Assembly: GCA_051747585.1 (NCBI GenBank)
Contig: JBNJGH010000080.1
Span: 1-15,966 of the forward strand
DNA length: 15,966 bases
Direction of reading: 5' to 3'
From: Candidatus Rifleibacteriota bacterium
GTDB taxonomy: Bacteria > Muiribacteriota > Ozemobacteria > Ozemobacterales > Ozemobacteraceae
A model generated the notes under the pieces. That model made no database searches, was not told the DNA's origin, and was given only the letters and a program-made list of their open reading frames with translations. Every line of letters begins with the position of its first letter. The stretch's first letter is position 1. The translations under genes were made by a program, and so were the position numbers. Positions 8,132-15,966 of the stretch are shown here, piece by piece.

Positions 8132-10252
8132 ATGAAAAATTTTTTATTAAAGTCGCGGCCTGATTTACAAAGCAAACAGGGTTTTGCCATTATGATTGCG
8201 CTTGTTATAGGCACTATAATGCTTATTCTGGCGGTTTCCCTGTTTTCTTTTGTCGGACACCAGCATACGGGAATTCAAAATATAGTTAATGGCGAAGTCG
8301 CTCATTTTCTTGCCGAAGCCGGAATTAATTCATGTATTGGCACAGTAAGAGAAGCAATTAATCGAGACTTTTCTGCTGCCGACAACAAGTCAAAAATAAG
8401 AAAAATACTTTTAAAACCCGGAAAAATTGAAGATATATGCATTAACGATGTGTTAGGCGCAGACTGGAACAGGGAGTTAGAAAAATTTGCCGCTGAAGTC
8501 GATTCTGAAGAAGCTTCAATAAATGTAGACGTATGGCTCAGGGATTTTGAACTGACAGAAACCAGCCCTGCTCAATGGTCAGACCCGGTCAGCAAAGAAG
8601 GATATCTGGTCGTCGAATCTACCGCCGAATATAAAAATTCACAACGCGTTTTATCGGTTCGAAGACAGCTTAAAGTTTCAAGCACTTTGCCAGGCCCTTT
8701 AAGCAAATTTACCCTTTATGTAAAAAATGCATCACGAAATGGAGAAAACAGTTACAACCTTATCCGAAACGACTATCGAGGCACGATAACCGACGGCCCC
8801 AAGCCTCTTATCTGTTATAATCACCAAACACCGGAATCTCCTTTTTCGGACGCAAGTCTGGGTGAAATTTTCAAAGAGGAAAAAAATAATCAGGTCTGGC
8901 AAAAGCGTGGCTGGATATATATGGGCCCCGATAAAATTCGCTTAAACCTTTGTTCAGGTGCAGGAGAGCTCGGAGAAATATTTCATTTTTATGATGTGAG
9001 TAATAGCTTTGATTTCGAGCCGGTAAAATTTGTTACCCCCGAAAATGCCCTGCCGCCGAAACTGCAGACTAAAGTTCAAATTCCCTGGGATTTGAGTAAT
9101 CAATCGGTTCGTACAGTACAATATGAATTTGAACACAGCTTTGTTCTCGATGGCTTTCATGATCGCAGCAACCGAAAAGAAACCGACGCCATGTATGAAG
9201 GCAACATTTTATCCGATGGCGAGGAAAATCATTACACTTCCCGTTCGTCAATACTGCATCTATACGGCGATGCAAGAAAAGGTTATCAGTCCCGCACCAG
9301 AATTTTCGGCCCTGTAACTGCTGCGTTTCCCCGTTTTGCCAGTCTTAAAGTAAGCTCACCGGAACCGGACGTGCAAAACATGCTTGATACGGTTAACCCA
9401 CCGCCGCTTTATCTGGTGCCCTCACGCGGCAACGATGATTACCACAATTCAATCCCAATAAAAGATGCGCTGAACCGAAATTTTGGCGGGCCTTTACTCA
9501 AATCCGGGATGATTTGTGAAAACTATTCTCAATACAGTTCAATTATGAGCCGCATAACAGAGCAACCCTACGTATTTTCTTACAACAGCATGCAGGATGT
9601 GTATTCAGATGCTGCCAATAGAATCTTTCCCTCTCAAAATCAAATTCTTACGCACGACAATGCAAACAACATTCTTATAACCGGGCCAGGCGACCACAAA
9701 TTCTTTGAAGGGAAAATAAGACCGGGACAAATATGCCGCCAACTCAAAAGCAGAACACAACAGGAAATAGATGAAACAAGTGACTTCTGGGAAGAATTTA
9801 TCAATGAAAGTGGAGAACTTGAGCTCAATCAAATCGTGCATATAAAAAACAGTAAAAATCTGGATTTTATTGTGCCACCATCCGGGAGCTCTCTTCCTTT
9901 GCAAATCAAAAAAGGCGGCATGGTTATTCTCGAACAGGGCAACCTTGTGATACGCGGCCTGAAAAGCAAAACCGCTGATGAATCTCTAACTATAGTAGCG
10001 CCAAATGCGACTTCAGTCTCTTTTCCGGGCGCACAACCGGCTCATGTAAACCTAATCGCACCTTCTGCAGAGCTGAGTTACAGCTCCAGGCTCGAGATAT
10101 TCGGTAATCTTTGTGTCGGTTCGATCTTTGCTGACCATAGATTCCAGGGCGGAACCTTGAAATTTCGCAGCGACCAGGATCCAACCGATTCAGGATACCA
10201 GAATTATTACAAAACATTTCTTGATAAAGTAGACTCTTACTGGCATGAATAA
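8132..10252 (+). CDS. Large PilX/GspK-like minor pilin (pseudopilin) with an uncharacterised C-terminal region
   Basis: KQG|FAIMIALVIGTIMLILAVSLF is a class III signal peptide lacking Glu+5, followed by AHFLAEAGI, typical of PilX N-terminal domains. 706 aa. Confidence 0.8.
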   Translation: MKNFLLKSRPDLQSKQGFAIMIALVIGTIMLILAVSLFSFVGHQHTGIQNIVNGEVAHFLAEAGINSCIGTVREAINRDFSAADNKSKIRKILLKPGKIEDICINDVLGADWNRELEKFAAEVDSEEASINVDVWLRDFELTETSPAQWSDPVSKEGYLVVESTAEYKNSQRVLSVRRQLKVSSTLPGPLSKFTLYVKNASRNGENSYNLIRNDYRGTITDGPKPLICYNHQTPESPFSDASLGEIFKEEKNNQVWQKRGWIYMGPDKIRLNLCSGAGELGEIFHFYDVSNSFDFEPVKFVTPENALPPKLQTKVQIPWDLSNQSVRTVQYEFEHSFVLDGFHDRSNRKETDAMYEGNILSDGEENHYTSRSSILHLYGDARKGYQSRTRIFGPVTAAFPRFASLKVSSPEPDVQNMLDTVNPPPLYLVPSRGNDDYHNSIPIKDALNRNFGGPLLKSGMICENYSQYSSIMSRITEQPYVFSYNSMQDVYSDAANRIFPSQNQILTHDNANNILITGPGDHKFFEGKIRPGQICRQLKSRTQQEIDETSDFWEEFINESGELELNQIVHIKNSKNLDFIVPPSGSSLPLQIKKGGMVILEQGNLVIRGLKSKTADESLTIVAPNATSVSFPGAQPAHVNLIAPSAELSYSSRLEIFGNLCVGSIFADHRFQGGTLKFRSDQDPTDSGYQNYYKTFLDKVDSYWHE

Positions 10253-10694
10253 CAAAACGAACAGAAAAGGCCTCTCGCTCATTGAATTAACAATTTCACT
10301 GGGCATTTTTGCAGTAATTTTACTACCGGTATTTTTTACTTTTTCGAGTGGAAGCCAGAATTTGATGGTTACTGACACAGAATTCAGAGCGCACGCCAAT
10401 GCTCTTGAACTTATGGAACAGCTGATTTCCCTGCCCTTTGAATTGATACCGGTCGGAAAGTTTAATTCAGACCAGATAAAGGGCATCGACGAGCAGCAAA
10501 AACCTAAAATTCCGTTTAAAATAACAGAAAACAAAGACTTCAAACCCAATGTCGAAATCAACGAAATCAAAAAAAACAATAAAGTAGTATTTAAAAAAAT
10601 CAGTGTCAGTATCAATTTTCCAGCCTCAAAAGTTAATGAGCGTAATAGAAAGATCGAAATAAAAACCCTGGTGGCTAATGAAAGCAACAAATAA
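10245..10694 (+). CDS. Prepilin-type N-terminal cleavage/methylation protein (PilV/GspI-like)
   Basis: RKG|LSLIELTISLGIFAVIL, C-terminal KKISVSINF strand, 149 aa. Overlaps the upstream gene by 8 nt. Confidence 0.88.
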   Translation: MNNKTNRKGLSLIELTISLGIFAVILLPVFFTFSSGSQNLMVTDTEFRAHANALELMEQLISLPFELIPVGKFNSDQIKGIDEQQKPKIPFKITENKDFKPNVEINEIKKNNKVVFKKISVSINFPASKVNERNRKIEIKTLVANESNK

Positions 10695-11253
10695 CAAAGG
10701 CTTTACCCTTGTCGAAATTTTGATTGTCTGCGGGGTAACCGCAGTATTTCTGACTACAGCCATATCTGTTTTCAGTAATTTCAGGCGCGGTTATTCAAGA
10801 AGCGAAAGCAGTGCCATTCATCTTCAAGATACTGCACTTTTCGTTGCCAAGTTACGAAATGACCTTAACAATGCGGTTATCGATCCTTCCCCTTCTTCGC
10901 AAAACCAGTCAAATCACTTTGAAACCACCGACGAAACTTTAAGTTTTATGGTTTACGATAACACAATTGGTCAGGTAACCCCTGTTTCTTACAGCTTGTC
11001 CGGCAAGCAAGACCAAAAGACTCTTAAACGACGCCTGGGTAACAATTCAAATAAAATTCTAATTAAAAACAACGTTGCTTCACTTAGTTGGAACCCCGAA
11101 ATTGAAAGTTTTTCAGGCAAAGCCTCGGGCACATTTCGACTTTGTCTGAATCTCAAAATTTTGCTAAAAGACAAAAAAAGCAAAGAAAAACCTTTCGCCT
11201 TCAATACCAGAATATTTCCGGCTCGCCTGAACAAACAACTCAACAATAGATAA
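10678..11253 (+). CDS. Prepilin-type N-terminal cleavage/methylation protein (PilW/GspJ-like)
   Basis: NKG|FTLVEILIVCGVTAVFL, then LRNDLNNA and VSYSL...LKRR typical of J/W-type pilins. 191 aa, 17-nt overlap with the upstream gene. Confidence 0.88.
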   Translation: MKATNNKGFTLVEILIVCGVTAVFLTTAISVFSNFRRGYSRSESSAIHLQDTALFVAKLRNDLNNAVIDPSPSSQNQSNHFETTDETLSFMVYDNTIGQVTPVSYSLSGKQDQKTLKRRLGNNSNKILIKNNVASLSWNPEIESFSGKASGTFRLCLNLKILLKDKKSKEKPFAFNTRIFPARLNKQLNNR

Positions 11254-11323
11254 TTTTTTGAAACATAATCAGGTATTTTTTCGTATAATTTAAGTAAGCA
11301 AACATGTACGGTGGAGGGTTAAC

Positions 11324-12484
11324 ATGAAAAGGCAGACGTTTCTAATATTTTTTCTTATATTAGGCTTTATAACCGCAGGTTTAAGCGGTTATGCTCAGAG
11401 TCAGAGCTACCTTGATACTATTTATCAAGCCGACCAGCAAAAAAAGGGTGAGGCAACTTCAATAGAAGAAGATGAAGCACAATATGCTCAAGACAGCGCC
11501 AATGCCACCCCCGACATAATTGACATACCTGACCAAGAAGGGCGGCCCGAGCAACAAAAAGCCCAGGAAAAATTACAAAACGTTATAAACAATATTCTCC
11601 GCATACTCACAGGAAAAGCTTGTGGCAGCAAAATTGTAATTGTGGTTATCCCCTGTGAAAAAATCATGCCTCCACCAGAGGCAGAGCCTGAGCCCGCACC
11701 TGACCCTGACCCCGATCCCGACCCTGCACCTGACCCTCAACCGGACCCTGATCCGGCTCCAGATCCAGAACCCGACCCAGACCCTGCACCTGAACCTCAG
11801 CCTCAGCCAGACCCAGACCCAGAACCCGAACCGGATCCAGTTGTAGACCCCGGACAAAAACCCGATGATGTCAGTGGCATGCGTGCTTACATTAAAGAGA
11901 AATACGGCATCAACTGTAGCGATGGAGATAGAGCCACCTGGAGTATAAACCAGATTAAAGCTGCAGACGAAGCCTTTGAATCTTTACCACCATTTTTCCG
12001 GGATGCAACTCAGGTAGTTTATCGTGATGGCCCGGCTCCATCTTTCGCGCCCCCCACGGTATTGGGTTACGTTATCGTACCTCAGCGCAAAGTTCATATG
12101 ATGGATTTAAGCACGAAAATGACCACCGGGCTTTACAACTCTCTTGTTCGTGCTTATGGTCGCGAACCCACTGAAGAAGAACAGATGGCCGCCCTGAAAC
12201 GAAACTTTCAGGGAACCCTGGTACATGAAATGACTCACACCTTCCAGAACACTTACCCCCAGATAGCACAGCAGTGGTATAACACTTTTGATCATAGAAC
12301 CAGCCCTACCGGTTATGGGAAAACCCAGCCTGCCGAAGATATGGCAGAATCTGTTCGCGTCTACTGGCAGGGTGGAAGCATTCAGAACGGCAGATTTGTT
12401 TCCAGTGGTGGCACTGTAATGGATCTCGAAAGATACGAATTTATCAAAAATAACATTATGGATGGCAAAGAATACCTCAATTGA
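11324..12484 (+). CDS. Exported zinc metallopeptidase (gluzincin, anthrax lethal factor/PPEP-like motifs) with Pro-Asp/Glu linker
   Basis: GGAGG RBS; signal peptide ending ...GYA|Q; HEMTH (residues 301-305, nt 12224-12238) followed by TGYGKTQPAEDMAES (Y331, E338). Confidence 0.8.
   Translation: MKRQTFLIFFLILGFITAGLSGYAQSQSYLDTIYQADQQKKGEATSIEEDEAQYAQDSANATPDIIDIPDQEGRPEQQKAQEKLQNVINNILRILTGKACGSKIVIVVIPCEKIMPPPEAEPEPAPDPDPDPDPAPDPQPDPDPAPDPEPDPDPAPEPQPQPDPDPEPEPDPVVDPGQKPDDVSGMRAYIKEKYGINCSDGDRATWSINQIKAADEAFESLPPFFRDATQVVYRDGPAPSFAPPTVLGYVIVPQRKVHMMDLSTKMTTGLYNSLVRAYGREPTEEEQMAALKRNFQGTLVHEMTHTFQNTYPQIAQQWYNTFDHRTSPTGYGKTQPAEDMAESVRVYWQGGSIQNGRFVSSGGTVMDLERYEFIKNNIMDGKEYLN
11669..11839 (+). 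repeat. Coding low-complexity repeat (Pro-X)n, X = D/E/A/Q
   Basis: Residues 116-172 PPPEAEPEPAPDPDPDPDPAPDPQPDPDP...EPDP, with codons diversified at third positions. Confidence 0.95.
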
Positions 12485-12497
12485 TCGGGAGAATAAG

Positions 12498-13874
12498 ATG
12501 AAAAAAGTTGTATTGTTTTTGATTCTTTTGCTGGTAATTTCTCCTGCTAACCCTCTTAAAGCTCAGAATGCCAGTTATCTCGATTCTCTCTATCAAACAA
12601 CCGAAGGTTCAGAAGACGAAACTCAAGAACCTGATGCCATCGAAATTTTAAAACAAGATATTTACAACAGTCACCAAATAGTCATACGTAATGAACCCGA
12701 ACTGGATCAATGGAGCGAAACCTGGCTTCAAGCTGTAAAAGAAGTGCTCGACATTATGCCGGCAAGCTTTACCTGGCCGACTCGTATAATATCTATTGAT
12801 CCGAGCTACAGCCAATATGAAATCAAATATAACGGTTTCAGCAAAAGTCAGGGCGAAATTATTCTAGGATACGGCTCGATGGCTCCCTCCAGTCTTTACC
12901 TTAAAGCTTTTCGCAATTCTTACGACAGAGTACCAACCACCGACGAAAAAATAGCACGCTTTAAGTTTATTCTTGTCAGAGGAATGGCATACTCTTTCAT
13001 GCAAAGCTACCCTGATGTAACCGCCAGATGGAAACAACTGTTCAATCCCGGTCCGGTCCCCACCAAAGTGTTCGGTCCGGGCCAGGACCAGAACATGATA
13101 GTCATGCCCGGCATGAACCCTGAACTTGTCGATATGGCTTTCTCGGTAGCTCTTTATTGTTCTTCGCCCTCCTTGCTCAGCGAGAAATCAGAGGACCGAA
13201 AGAAATTCATAAAAGACCATGTCATGTTTGGCCAGACACTCAGCGGCTGGGATTCAACCCCAGTATTAGAAGATGACGACGACAATCAGAACACCGGAGG
13301 CAATACCGGCGGTGACGGCACCGTAGAAGAACCCGGTTCCAGGCCGCCACCAGACATTCCGGACGGTGATTACATGCCCATAGTAACCGAAGCCGATGTA
13401 GGTACTGCTGCGGCACAAATTCCCCAGGAACATCAAAGCGCACCAGACCTTCTCAAAAATGCGATAGTCGAAGTGTTTGAGTCTTTACCAAAGTATTTCT
13501 CGACCTGTACTGAAGCTATAGTTTATGTTCCAACCACAGATACCGAAGCGGCATTTTCTTCTGAAGGCTATATTTTTATAACTCAGAATTCATGGTTTGC
13601 ACCATCTTTCGTTGAACTAACCGATGAATCAAGAGCCGACAGGTTCAAAAAGATGCTGATCAGAGAGATGACCAAGAGATTTCTTTACTTCCATCCCGAA
13701 ACCTCGCAACTCTGGCAGGAAACCTTTATACCAAACCAAAATATGTACGATGTTTATGTCGATCTTTGTGAGGCCACTGTGCTTTATTATCAAAATCCAC
13801 AATGGTTGCAAGATCTGAATCCTGAACGTTATAGCTTTATAAAAACTGAGCTGATGCAGGGGCAGGAGTTCTAG
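12498..13874 (+). CDS. Exported protein with two tandem, apparently inactive copies of the neighbouring peptidase domain
   Basis: Start moved from the track's 12462 to ATG 12498 (GGGAGA RBS, signal peptide MKKVVLFLILLLVISPANPLKA|Q), giving 458 aa. Both halves align by eye with 11324..12484, with HEMTH replaced by RGMAY (nt 12978-12992) and REMTK (nt 13662-13676). Confidence 0.8.
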   Translation: MKKVVLFLILLLVISPANPLKAQNASYLDSLYQTTEGSEDETQEPDAIEILKQDIYNSHQIVIRNEPELDQWSETWLQAVKEVLDIMPASFTWPTRIISIDPSYSQYEIKYNGFSKSQGEIILGYGSMAPSSLYLKAFRNSYDRVPTTDEKIARFKFILVRGMAYSFMQSYPDVTARWKQLFNPGPVPTKVFGPGQDQNMIVMPGMNPELVDMAFSVALYCSSPSLLSEKSEDRKKFIKDHVMFGQTLSGWDSTPVLEDDDDNQNTGGNTGGDGTVEEPGSRPPPDIPDGDYMPIVTEADVGTAAAQIPQEHQSAPDLLKNAIVEVFESLPKYFSTCTEAIVYVPTTDTEAAFSSEGYIFITQNSWFAPSFVELTDESRADRFKKMLIREMTKRFLYFHPETSQLWQETFIPNQNMYDVYVDLCEATVLYYQNPQWLQDLNPERYSFIKTELMQGQEF

Positions 13875-13880
13875 ACCAAC

Positions 13881-15966
13881 TTAACGCCAGTTATAAACCT
13901 GTAATAAATTTGCGTAGTCATCTGTCCAGAGAGAATATTCAGACTGCGATTCAAGTGTTTTCCAGTTGCCAAAGCGCCCGATTAATTTTAATCGGGTGCT
14001 CTTTTTTGAACCAGCTACCCAATAAGACTTTGAAATTCGCGCTTCATCATACCAGTCGTATTTGATTGAATAATCTTTTGGATCGTCTCTTCGCTCTATG
14101 CCTTCTATATTGAGTTCTTCAAAGATTCGCGCAACCACATAGCCAAGCTTGAAAAAACGATTAGACAGGTGCAAAACCAACACTCCATCAGGCTTTAATT
14201 TTTTTAAATAAAGTTTGAATGCTTCAACTGTCAAAAGATGTACCGGCACGGCATCAGAAGAATAGGCATCTAACACCAGAATGTCATAGGAATTGTCTCT
14301 TACCTGCTCAAGCTTTATTCTGGCATCACCCGTAACCACATTAACCTCGGCTTTACTGTTCTTAATGTAGGTAAAATAATCGGGGTTGGTAGCTATATCA
14401 ACGACCAGCGGATCAATCTCAAAAAAGTCATATAACTGCCATTTGCGGCCATACCAGGCCATTGTGCCACAACCAAGACCAACGACTCCTATTTTTTTTG
14501 CCCAGCGCTTGATCAGGGCAGCAGAGAAAATATCTCCCACAGGCCCCTCGCGAGAATAATAAGACAACGGAAAAATCGGCCTGATTTTGATTTTTCGCTC
14601 TACCCCATGCAAAGTAGTGCCATGGCTCAAACAGTAAAACAGATCTTTTTTCCCGATGGTATTGAGGTCCTGGTAATCTACATTTTCTTCAGTTCTCAAA
14701 CTCTGAACTTTTATTATTCCAAAAAAACTGCGATCGACAAAAACGGTATTATCGCTAAATACCTTATGGTTCAAAGAAAAGAGACTGGCAATAAGAAAAG
14801 CAGTAGCGGCAAATCTTTTAAACCTGTAAAAGAAATGAATCATGAAAACCACAGAAAATATGGCCAGAAGCCCAATTGCATTGAAAAATTTATCAGCGGT
14901 CATTTTTGAAAACCAGGCAAAAACCATTAAGGCAAACAGTATTAAAACGATAGCTGAAACTTCTTGAAGGGCGCTTGCATCTTTATCACGATATTTTTGG
15001 GCAAAACAAGCCGCAATTACCGCTAAAAGTAAAGTTAAAATGTATTCAATCTGGGAATTGAATGCGACAGGAGCGACAATGCCGTTAAAGATACCACCCA
15101 AAATACCTCCGATCGACATATAAACGTAAAAAGAATTGAGATGATGGACCGCAGGCCGATCAAGAGCCAGTCTCCCATGAAAACTCATACATACAAAAAA
15201 TAGAAACAATAGATGCAGACTTATACTGAACCAGGCCCGTTCATTCAAGCCGAAGTAATACATCAGCGAAACAAGAACCGCCATGGGCAGCATGAATCTA
15301 TCCCAGGGAATGGTGCGATAAAAATCGGTTAAAGCAAACACAAGAATAAAAGAAAATAAATAAATCGACAACGGAACAACCCAGAGAAGTGGTACAGAAG
15401 CAATATCGGTAGCTATGTGCGTGGTTACTGCAAGCATGGCACTACATGGAATAAAACCCCACAAAACCCAGGCCCCGGAACTTCTCCAGGAAACTCGGGA
15501 CTGTCGATAAAAATCTGCTTTAAGTTTACTGTTGGCTTCTGAGGTCTTTCCCCAGAAACTGGCTGCGCAAACAGCTACCAGAACGGCCTGCAAAATAAAC
15601 AGCCCCGACCAGATAAGTTTTTGATCTGTCAGAGTAAAGTTTGGTTCAATTAAAAATGGGTAAGAAAGCAATGCAAGCAGACTCCCGGCATTGCTGGCCG
15701 AATAAAGAAAATAGGGATCTTCAGAGTTTTTTGCACCGGTATTTGCGTACCAACGCTGAATTATGGGAGCGTTGGCGGCAATTATAAAGAACAAAAATCC
15801 GATGGAAGCCAGCAAACGGGCAATCAGCCATGAAATCGGACTGGCAAATGCATTGTTCAAACCGGTAAAATCGACACTCAAAGGCAGAAAAACAAAGGCG
15901 GTAATCATCAGCAATGCATGCAGCACCGATTGTTTTTCACAGCCAAGATACCTAATGGTTTTTTCT
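13881..15966 (-). CDS. Fused membrane (MFS-like)/spermidine synthase-like SAM-dependent protein; 5' end outside the window
   Basis: The frame is open past the track's GTG 15926 to the window edge (EKTIRYLGCEKQSVLH...). Motifs DPYFLYSASNAGSLLALLSYPFLIEP, LSHGTTLHG, IGVVGLGCGTMA, FEIDPLVV, GDARIKL, LVLDAYSSDAVPVHLLT and WTDDYANL. Confidence 0.92.
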   Translation of the reverse strand, partial: EKTIRYLGCEKQSVLHALLMITAFVFLPLSVDFTGLNNAFASPISWLIARLLASIGFLFFIIAANAPIIQRWYANTGAKNSEDPYFLYSASNAGSLLALLSYPFLIEPNFTLTDQKLIWSGLFILQAVLVAVCAASFWGKTSEANSKLKADFYRQSRVSWRSSGAWVLWGFIPCSAMLAVTTHIATDIASVPLLWVVPLSIYLFSFILVFALTDFYRTIPWDRFMLPMAVLVSLMYYFGLNERAWFSISLHLLFLFFVCMSFHGRLALDRPAVHHLNSFYVYMSIGGILGGIFNGIVAPVAFNSQIEYILTLLLAVIAACFAQKYRDKDASALQEVSAIVLILFALMVFAWFSKMTADKFFNAIGLLAIFSVVFMIHFFYRFKRFAATAFLIASLFSLNHKVFSDNTVFVDRSFFGIIKVQSLRTEENVDYQDLNTIGKKDLFYCLSHGTTLHGVERKIKIRPIFPLSYYSREGPVGDIFSAALIKRWAKKIGVVGLGCGTMAWYGRKWQLYDFFEIDPLVVDIATNPDYFTYIKNSKAEVNVVTGDARIKLEQVRDNSYDILVLDAYSSDAVPVHLLTVEAFKLYLKKLKPDGVLVLHLSNRFFKLGYVVARIFEELNIEGIERRDDPKDYSIKYDWYDEARISKSYWVAGSKKSTRLKLIGRFGNWKTLESQSEYSLWTDDYANLLQVYNWR

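Noticed and set aside
11573..11857. Arg/Val/Trp-rich antisense ORF and the 11640..11846 Leu/Thr ORF
   Set aside because: Alternative-frame artefacts of the Pro-Asp repeat.
11324..12484. TonB-like protein because of the Pro-rich tract
   Set aside because: The C-terminal domain carries HExxH peptidase motifs, not a TonB C-terminal domain.
12462..12497. Track start for the 470-aa ORF
   Set aside because: Overlaps the upstream gene; ATG 12498 has an RBS and places the signal peptide at the N-terminus.
12498..13874. Pseudogene interpretation of the dead peptidase
   Set aside because: The ORF is intact with RBS and signal peptide, and the substitutions concentrate on catalytic positions while structural motifs persist.
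13881..15966. Calling the gene speE or part of the pilin/peptidase cassette
   Set aside because: It is a widespread fused membrane/SAM-domain family of uncertain activity and is convergently oriented, with no evidence of linkage.

Overview
Bacterial chromosomal window with 11 supportable CDSs and two repeat-rich intergenic regions. From left to right: (1) a >1220-aa minus-strand sensor histidine kinase (PhnD-like periplasmic domain, TM, PAS, GAF, two more PAS, HisKA, HATPase) that runs off the left edge and is absent from the ORF track; (2) a DUF318/ArsP-family permease and a class I SAM methyltransferase, convergent with an FmdE-family zinc-finger protein and an exported helical protein; (3) a nested multi-hairpin palindromic element; (4) a minor pilin/pseudopilin triplet (PilX/GspK-like 706 aa, PilV/GspI-like, PilW/GspJ-like); (5) two paralogous exported proteins; (6) a fused membrane/spermidine-synthase-like gene running off the right edge. 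The most interesting item is (5). One protein is an apparently active HExxH...E zinc peptidase with anthrax-lethal-factor-like motifs on a Pro-Asp/Glu stalk. Its neighbour has two tandem copies of the same domain, each with all three zinc ligands replaced. Both share an N-terminal SYLDxxYQ tag and sit directly behind the pilin triplet. Family assignments come from motif recognition by eye; no searches were run.
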